DNA from: Eledone cirrhosa
Lineage: Eukaryota
Assembly: GCA_964016885.1 (NCBI GenBank)
Contig: OZ024743.1
Coordinates: forward strand, 144,336,001-144,400,000
Direction: 5' to 3'
DNA: 64,000 bases
Within the stretch, counting starts at the first letter, position 1; the number at the start of each line of letters is the position of its first letter. Shown piece after piece: positions 53,901-64,000 of this stretch. Made by a program: the position numbers and the translations under genes. A model generated the notes under the pieces. The model was not told the DNA's origin, searched no databases, and worked only from the letters and a program-made list of their open reading frames with translations.

Positions 53901-56900
53901 AGTATAAATGGACTGGTAGACCTCACACTACAGTATAAATGGACTGGTAGACCTGACACTACAGTATAAATGGCCTGGTAGACCTCAAACTACAGTATAA
54001 ATGGACTGGTAGACCTCACACTACAGTATAAATGGAGTGGTAGACCTGACACTACAGTATAAATGGACTGGTAGTCCTCACACTACAGTATAAATGGACT
54101 GGTAGACCTCACACTACAGTATAAATGGACTGGTAGACCTCACACTACAGTATAAATGGACTGGTAGACCTGACACTACAGTATAAATGGCCTGGTAGAC
54201 CTGACACTACAGTATAAATGGCCTGGTAGACCTCACACTACAATATAAATGGCCTGGTAGACCTCACACTACAGTATAAATGGCCTGGTAGACCTCACAC
54301 TACAGTATAAATGGACTGGTAGACCTCACACTACAGTATAAATGGACTGGTAGACCTCACACTACAGTATAAATGGACTGGTAGTCCTCACACTACAGTA
54401 TAAATGGCCTGGTAGACCTCACACTACAGTATAAATGGACAGGTAGACCTCACACTACAGTATAAATGGAGTGGTAGACCTCACACTACAGTATAAATGG
54501 CCTGGTAGACCTCACACTACAGTATAAATGGACTGGTAGACCTCACACTACAGTATAAATGGACTGGTAGACCTCACACTACAGTATAAATGGACTGGTA
54601 CACCGGACACTCCAGTATAAATGGACTGGTAGACCTCACACTACAGTATAAATGGCCTGGTAGACATCACACTACAGTATAAATGGACGGGTAGACCTGA
54701 CACTACAGTATAAATGGACAGGTAGTCCTCACACTACAGTATAAATGGACTGGTAGACCTCACACTACAGTATAAATGGACTGGTAGACCTCACACTACA
54801 GTATAAATGGACTGGTAGACCTCACACTACAGTATAAATGGACTGGTAGACCTGACACTACAGTATAAATGGCCTGGTAGACCTCAAACTACAGTATAAA
54901 TGGACTGGTAGACCTCACACTACAGTATAAATGGAGTGGTAGACCTGACACTACAGTATAAATGGACTGGTAGTCCTCACACTACAGTATAAATGGACTG
55001 GTAGACCTCACACTACAGTATAAATGGACTGGTAGACCTCACACTACAGTATAAATGGACTGGTAGACCTGACACTACAGTATAAATGGCCTGGTAGACC
55101 TGACACTACAGTATAAATGGCCTGGTAGACCTCACACTACAGTATAAATGGACTGGTACACCGGACACTCCAGTATAAATGGACTGGTAGACCTGACACT
55201 ACAGTATAAATGGACTGGTAGACCGGACACTACAGTATAAATGGCCTGGTAGACCTCAAACTACAGTATAAATGGACTGGTAGACCTAACACTACAGTAT
55301 AAATGGAGTGGTAGACCTGACACTCCAGTATAAATGGACTGGTAGACCTGACGCTACAGTATAAATGGACTGGTAGACCTCACACTACAGTATAAATGGA
55401 CTGGTAGACCTCACACTACAGTATAAATGGACTGGTAGACCTGACACTACAGTATAAATGGACTGGTACACCGGACACTCCAGTATAAATGGACTGGTAG
55501 ACCTCACGCTACAGTATAAATGGACTGGTAGACCTCACACTACAGTATAAATGGACTGGTAGACCTCACACTACAGTATAAATGGACTGGTACACCGGAC
55601 ACTCCAGTATAAATGGACTGGTAGACCTCACACTACAGTATAAATGGACTGGTAGACCTCACACTACAGTATAAATGGACTGGTAGACATCACACTACAG
55701 TATAAATGGACTGGTAGACCTCACACTACAGTATAAATGGACTGGTAGACCTGACACTACAGTATAAATGGCCAGGTAGACCTGACACTACAGTATAAAT
55801 GGCCTGGTAGACCTCACACTACAGTATAAATGGACTGGTACACCGGACACTCCAGTATAAATGGACTGGTAGACCTGACACTACAGTATAAATGGCCTGG
55901 TAGACCTGACACTACAGTATAAATGGCCTGGTAGACCTCACACTACAGTATAAATGAAATGGTAGACCTCACACTACAGTATAAATGGACTGGTAGTCCT
56001 CACACTACTGTATAAATGGACTGGTCGACCTCACACTACAGTATAAATGGACTGGTAGACCTCACACTACAGTATAAATGGACTGGTAGTCCTCACACTA
56101 CAGTATAAATGGCCTGGTAGACCTCACACTACAGTATAAATGGACAGGTAGACCTCAAACTACAGTATAAATGGAGTGGTAGACCTCACACTACAGTATA
56201 AATGGCCTGTTAGACCTCACACAACAGTATAAATGGACTGGTAGACATCACACTACAGTATAAATGGACTGGTAGACCTCACACTACAGTATAAATGGAC
56301 TGGTACACCGGACACTCCAGTATAAATGGACTGGTAGACCTCACACTACAGTATAAATGGCCTGGTAGACATCACACTACAGTATAAATGGACGGGTAGA
56401 CCTGACACTACAGTATAAATGGACAGGTAGTTCTCACACTACAGTATAAATGGACTGGTAGACCTCACACTACAGTATAAATGGACTGGTAGACCTCACA
56501 CTACAGTATAAATGGACTGGTAGACCTCACACTACAGTATAAATGGACTGGTAAACCTGACACTACAGTATAAATGGCCTGGTAGACCTCAAACTACAGT
56601 ATAAATGGACTGGTAGACCTCACACTACAGTATAAATGGAGTGGTAGACCTGACACTACAGTATAAATGGACTGGTAGTCCTCACACTACAGTATAAATG
56701 GACTGGTAGACCTCACACTACAGTATAAATGGACTGGTAGACCTCACACTACAGTATAAATGGACTGGTAGACCTGACACTACAGTATAAATGGCCTGGT
56801 AGACCAGACACTACAGTATAAATGGCCTGGTAGACCTCACACTACAGTATAAATGGACTGGTACACCGGACACTCCAGTATAAATGGACTGGTAGACCTG

Positions 56901-59900
56901 ACACTACAGTATAAATGGACTGGTAGACCGGACACTACAGTATAAATGGCCTGGTAGACCTCAAACTACAGTATAAATGGACTGGTAGACCTAACACTAC
57001 AGTATAAATGGAGTGGTAGACCTGACACTCCAGTATAAATGGACTGGTAGACCTGACACTACAGTATAAATGGACTGGTAGACCTCACACTACAGTATAA
57101 ATGGACTGGTAGACCTCACACTACAGTATAAATGGACTGGTAGACCTCACACTACAGTATAAATGGACTGGTACACCGGACACTCCAGTATAAATGGACT
57201 GGTAGACCTCACACTACAGTATAAATGGACTGGTAGACCTCACACTACAGTATAAATGGACTGGTAGACCTCACACTACAGTATAAATGGACTGGTACAC
57301 CGGACACTCCAGTATAAATGGACTGGTAGACCTCACACTACAGTATAAATGGACTGGTAGACCTCACACTACAGTATAAATGGACTGGTAGACCTCACAC
57401 TACAGTATAAATGGACTGGTAGACCTCACACTACAGTATAAATGGACTGGTAGACCTGACACTACAGTATAAATGGCCTGGTAGACCTGACACTACAGTA
57501 TAAATGGCCTGGTAGACCTAACACTACAGTATAAATGGACTGGTACACCGGACACTCCAGTATAAATGGACTGGTAGACCTGACACTACAGTATAAATGG
57601 ACTGGTAGACCGGACACTACAGTATAAATGGCCTGGTAGACCTCAAACTACAGTATAAATGGACTGGTAGACCTCACACTACAGTATAAATGGAGTGGTA
57701 GACCTGACACTCCAGTATAAATGGACTGGTAGACCTGACACTACAGTATAAATGGACTGGTAGACCTCACACTACAGTATAAATGGACTGGTAGACCTCA
57801 CACTACAGTATAAATGGACTGGTAGACCTCACACTACAGTATAAATGGACTGGTACACCGGACACTCCAGTATAAATGGACTGGTAGACCTCACACTACA
57901 GTATAAATGGACTGGTAGACCTCACACTACAGTATAAATGGAATGGTAGACCTCACACTACAGTATAAATGGACTGGTAGTCCTCACACTACAGTATAAA
58001 TGGACTGGTAGACCTCACACTACAGTATAAATGGACTGGTAGACCTCACACTACAGTATAAATGGACTGGTAGACCTCACACTACAGTATAAATGGACTG
58101 GTAGACCTCACACTACAGTATAAATGGACTGGTAGACCTCACACTACAGTATAAATGGACTGGTAGTCCTCACACTACAGTATAAATGGACTGGTAGACC
58201 TCACACTACAGTATAAATGGACTGGTAGACCTCACACTACAGTATAAATGGACTGGTAGACCTCACAATACAGTATAAATGGACTGGTAGACCTGACACT
58301 ACAGTATAAATGGACTGGTAGACCTGACACTACAGTATAAATGGACTGGTAGTCCTCACACTACAGTATAAATGGACTGGTAGACCTCACACTACAGTAT
58401 AAATGGACTGGTAGACCTCACACTACAGTATAAATGGACTGGTAGACCGCACACTACAGTATAAATGGACTGGTAGACCTCACACTACAGTATAAATGGA
58501 CTGGTAGACCGGACACTACAGTACAAATGGACTGGTAGACCGGACACTACAGTATAAATGGACTGGTAGACCTCACACTACAGTATAAATGGACTGGTAG
58601 ACCGGACACTACAGTAAAAATGGACTGGTAGACCGGACACTACAGTATAAATGGACTGGTAGACCTCACACTACAGTATAAATGGCATGGTTAACCTCAC
58701 ACTACAGTACAAATGGACTGGTAGACCTCAAACTAAAGTATAAATGGACTGGTACACCGGACACTACAGTATAAATGGACTGGTAGTCCTCACACTACAG
58801 TATAGATGGCCTGGTAGACCTCACACTCCAGTATAAATGGACTGGTAGACCTCACACTACAGTATAAATGGTCTGGTAGACCGGACACTACAGTATAAAT
58901 GGACTGGTTGACCTCACACTACAGTATAAATGGACTGGTAGACCTCACACTACAGTGTAAATGGACTGGTAGACCTCAAACTACAGTATAAATGGACTGG
59001 TAGACCTCACACTACAGTGTAAATGGACTGGTAGACCTCACACTACAGTATAAATGGACTGGTAGACCTCACACTACAGTGTAAATGGACTGGTAGACCT
59101 CAAACTACAGTATAAATGGACTGGTAGACCTAACACTACAGTATAAATGGAGTGGTAGACCTGACACTCCAGTATAAATGGACTGGTAGACCTGACGCTA
59201 CAGTATAAATGGACTGGTAGACCTCACACTACAGTATAAATGGACTGGTAGACCTCACACTACAGTATAAATGGACTGGTAGACCTGACACTACAGTATA
59301 AATGGACTGGTACACCGGACACTCCAGTATAAATGGACTGGTAGACCTCACGCTACAGTATAAATGGACTGGTAGACCTCACACTACAGTATAAATGGAC
59401 TGGTAGACCTCACACTACAGTATAAATGGACTGGTACACCGGACACTCCAGTATAAATGGACTGGTAGACCTCACACTACAGTATAAATGGACTGGTAGA
59501 CCTCACACTACAGTATAAAAGGACTGGTAGACATCACACTACAGTATAAATGGACTGGTAGACCTCACACTACAGTATAAATGGACTGGTAGACCTGACA
59601 CTACAGTATAAATGGCCTGGTAGACCTGACACTACAGTATAAATGGCCTGGTAGACCTCACACTACAGTATAAATGGACTGGTACACCGGACACTCCAGT
59701 ATAAATGGACTGGTAGACCTGACACTACAGTATAAATGGCCTGGTAGACCTGACACTACAGTATAAATGGCCTGGTAGACCTCACACTACAGTATAAATG
59801 AAATGGTAGACCTCACACTACAGTATAAATGGACTGGTAGTCCTCACACTACTGTATAAATGGACTGGTCGACCTCACACTACAGTATAAATGGACTGGT

Positions 59901-62900
59901 AGACCTCACACTACAGTATAAATGGACTGGTAGTCCTCACACTACAGTATAAATGGCCTGGTAGACCTCACACTACAGTATAAATGGACAGGTAGACCTC
60001 AAACTACTGTATAAATGGAGTGGTAGACCTCACACTACAGTATAAATGGCCTGTTAGACCTCACACTACAGTATAAATGGACTGGTAGACCTCACACTAC
60101 AGTATAAATGGACTGGTAGACCTCACACTACAGTATAAATGGACTGGTACACCGGACACTCCAGTATAAATGGACTGGTAGACCTCACACTACAGTATAA
60201 ATGGCCTGGTAGACATCACACTACAGTATAAATGGACGGGTAGACCTGACACTACAGTATAAATGGACAGGTAGTTCTCACACTACAGTATAAATGGACT
60301 GGTAGACCTCACACTACAGTATAAATGGACTGGTAGACCTCACACTACAGTATAAATGGACTGGTAGACCTCACACTACAGTATAAATGGACTGGTAAAC
60401 CTGACACTACAGTATAAATGGCCTGGTAGACCTCAAACTACAGTATAAATGGACTGGTAGACCTCACACTACAGTATAAATGGAGTGGTAGACCTGACAC
60501 TACAGTATAAATGGACTGGTAGTCCTCACACTACAGTATAAATGGACTGGTAGACCTCACACTACAGTATAAATGGACTGGTAGACCTCACACTACAGTA
60601 TAAATGGACTGGTAGACCTGACACTACAGTATAAATGGCCTGGTAGACCAGACACTACAGTATAAATGGCCTGGTAGACCTCACACTACAGTATAAATGG
60701 ACTGGTACACCGGACACTCCAGTATAAATGGACTGGTAGACCTGACACTACAGTATAAATGGACTGGTAGACCGGACACTACAGTATAAATGGCCTGGTA
60801 GACCTCAAACTACAGTATAAATGGACTGGTAGACCTAACACTACAGTATAAATGGAGTGGTAGACCTGACACTCCAGTATAAATGGACTGGTAGACCTGA
60901 CACTACAGTATAAATGGACTGGTAGACCTCACACTACAGTATAAATGGACTGGTAGACCTCACACTACAGTATAAATGGACTGGTAGACCTCACACTACA
61001 GTATAAATGGACTGGTACACCGGACACTCCAGTATAAATGGACTGGTAGACCTCACACTACAGTATAAATGGACTGGTAGACCTCACACTACAGTATAAA
61101 TGGACTGGTAGACCTCACACTACAGTATAAATGGACTGGTACACCGGACACTCCAGTATAAATGGACTGGTAGACCTCACACTACAGTATAAATGGACTG
61201 GTAGACCTCACACTACAGTATAAATGGACTGGTACACCGGACACTCCAGTATAAATGGACTGGTAGACCTGACACTACAGTATAAATGGCCTGGTAGACC
61301 TGACACTACAGTATAAATGGCCTGGTAGACCTAACACTACAGTATAAATGGACTGGTACACCGGACACTCCAGTATAAATGGACTGGTAGACCTGACACT
61401 ACAGTATAAATGGACTGGTAGACCGGACACTACAGTATAAATGGCCTGGTAGACCTCAAACTACAGTATAAATGGACTGGTAGACCTCACACTACAGTAT
61501 AAATGGAGTGGTAGACCTGACACTCCAGTATAAATGGACTGGTAGACCTGACACTACAGTATAAATGGACTGGTAGACCTCACACTACAGTATAAATGGA
61601 CTGGTAGACCTCACACTACAGTATAAATGGACTGGTAGACCTCACACTACAGTATAAATGGACTGGTACACCGGACACTCCAGTATAAATGGACTGGTAG
61701 ACCTCACACTACAGTATAAATGGACTGGTAGACCTCACACTACAGTATAAATGGAATGGTAGACCTCACACTACAGTATAAATGGACTGGTAGTCCTCAC
61801 ACTACAGTATAAATGGACTGGTAGACCTCACACTACAGTATAAATGGACTGGTAGACCTCACACTACAGTATAAATGGACTGGTAGACCTCACACTACAG
61901 TATAAATGGACTGGTAGACCTCACACTACAGTATAAATGGACTGGTAGACCTCACACTACAGTATAAATGGACTGGTAGTCCTCACACTACAGTATAAAT
62001 GGACTGGTAGACCTCACACTACAGTATAAATGGACTGGTAGACCTCACACTACAGTATAAATGGACTGGTAGACCTCACAATACAGTATAAATGGACTGG
62101 TAGACCTGACACTACAGTATAAATGGACTGGTAGACCTGACACTACAGTATAAATGGACTGGTAGTCCTCACACTACAGTATAAATGGACTGGTAGACCT
62201 CACACTACAGTATAAATGGACTGGTAGACCTCACACTACAGTATAAATGGACTGGTAGACCGCACACTACAGTATAAATGGCCTGGTAGACCTGACACTA
62301 CAGTATAAATGGCCTGGTAGACCTAACACTACAGTATAAATGGACTGGTACACCGGACACTCCAGTATAAATGGACTGGTAGACCTGACACTACAGTATA
62401 AATGGACTGGTAGACCGGACACTACAGTATAAATGGCCTGGTAGACCTCAAACTACAGTATAAATGGACTGGTAGACCTCACACTACAGTATAAATGGAG
62501 TGGTAGACCTGACACTCCAGTATAAATGGACTGGTAGACCTGACACTACAGTATAAATGGACTGGTAGACCTCACACTACAGTATAAATGGACTGGTAGA
62601 CCTCACACTACAGTATAAATTGACTGGTAGACCTCACACTACAGTATAAATGGACTGGTACACCGGACACTCCAGTATAAATGGACTGGTAGACCTCACA
62701 CTACAGTATAAATGGACTGGTAGACCTCACACTACAGTATAAATGGAATGGTAGACCTCACACTACAGTATAAATGGACTGGTAGTCCTCACACTACAGT
62801 ATAAATGGACTGGTAGACCTCACACTACAGTATAAATGGACTGGTAGACCTCACACTACAGTATAAATGGACTGGTAGACCTCACACTACAGTATAAATG

Positions 62901-64000
62901 GACTGGTAGACCTCACACTACAGTATAAATGGACTGGTAGACCTCACACTACAGTATAAATGGACTGGTAGTCCTCACACTACAGTATAAATGGACTGGT
63001 AGACCTCACACTACAGTATAAATGGACTGGTAGACCTCACACTACAGTATAAATGGACTGGTAGACCTCACAATACAGTATAAATGGACTGGTAGACCTG
63101 ACACTACAGTATAAATGGACTGGTAGACCTGACACTACAGTATAAATGGACTGGTAGTCCTCACACTACAGTATAAATGGACTGGTAGACCTCACACTAC
63201 AGTATAAATGGACTGGTAGACCTCACACTACAGTATAAATGGACTGGTAGACCGCACACTACAGTATAAATGGACTGGTAGACCTCACACTACAGTATAA
63301 ATGGACTGGTAGACCGGACACTACAGTACAAATGGACTGGTAGACCGGACACTACAGTATAAATGGACTGGTAGACCTCACACTACAGTATAAATGGACT
63401 GGTAGACCGGACACTACAGTAAAAATGGACTGGTAGACCGGACACTACAGTATAAATGGACTGGTAGACCTCACACTACAGTATAAATGGCATGGTTAAC
63501 CTCACACTACAGTACAAATGGACTGGTAGACCTCAAACTAAAGTATAAATGGACTGGTACACCGGACACTACAGTATAAATGGACTGGTAGTCCTCACAC
63601 TACAGTATAGATGGCCTGGTAGACCTCACACTCCAGTATAAATGGACTGGTAGACCTCACACTACAGTATAAATGGTCTGGTAGACCGGACACTACAGTA
63701 TAAATGGACTGGTTGACCTCACACTACAGTATAAATGGACTGGTAGACCTCACACTACAGTGTAAAAGGACTGGTAGACCTCAAACTACAGTATAAATGG
63801 ACTGGTAGACCTCACACTACAGTGTAAATGGACTGGTAGACCTCACACTACAGTATAAATGGACTGGTAGACCTCACACTACAGTATAAATGACCTGGTA
63901 GACCTCAAACTACAGTATAAATGGACTGGTAGTCCTCACACTACAGTATAAATGGACTGGTAGACCTCACAGTACAGTATAAATGGCCTGGTAGACCGGA

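Larger units (their letters stand above)
8892..64000. repeat. 31-bp satellite DNA array (~1,600 monomers, continues past the window end)
   Basis: Head-to-tail GGACTGGTAGACCTCACACTACAGTATAAAT in a single orientation. Monomers are diverged at 8892-9056 and homogeneous afterwards. Confidence 0.99.

Noticed and set aside
8892-64000. CRISPR array (31-bp repeats)
   Set aside because: Units are head-to-tail with no unique spacers, there are no cas genes, and the context is eukaryotic.
9396-64000. Repetitive protein-coding gene
   Set aside because: 31 is not a multiple of 3 and the monomer contains TAG/TAA, so frames close quickly. The ORF track is empty over the satellite.

Overview
Animal genomic DNA, not prokaryotic. 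The SINE, RTE/CR1 LINE and microsatellite content is cephalopod-like (inference). No intact host gene is seen. Bases 1-8030 are a patchwork of microsatellites, LINE 3' fragments, SINEs and MITEs. At ~8036 a degenerate Merlin/IS1595-family DNA transposon starts, with a left TIR and an internally deleted transposase pseudogene. It grades directly into a 31-bp satellite (consensus GGACTGGTAGACCTCACACTACAGTATAAAT, roughly 1,600 monomers by length) running from ~8890 to the window end. The monomer core is the reverse complement of the Merlin left TIR, suggesting the array is a runaway expansion of the element's right subterminal repeats. The array is interrupted by one hAT MITE at its diverged edge and by two copies of a 2,681-bp non-autonomous LTR retroelement (553-bp LTRs, tRNA-Trp-like PBS) 25,283 bp apart. 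These two copies come from one insertion followed by block duplication. Rare monomer variants reveal nested tandem duplications of 66, 151, 124 and 32 monomers. All alignments and counts were made by eye.
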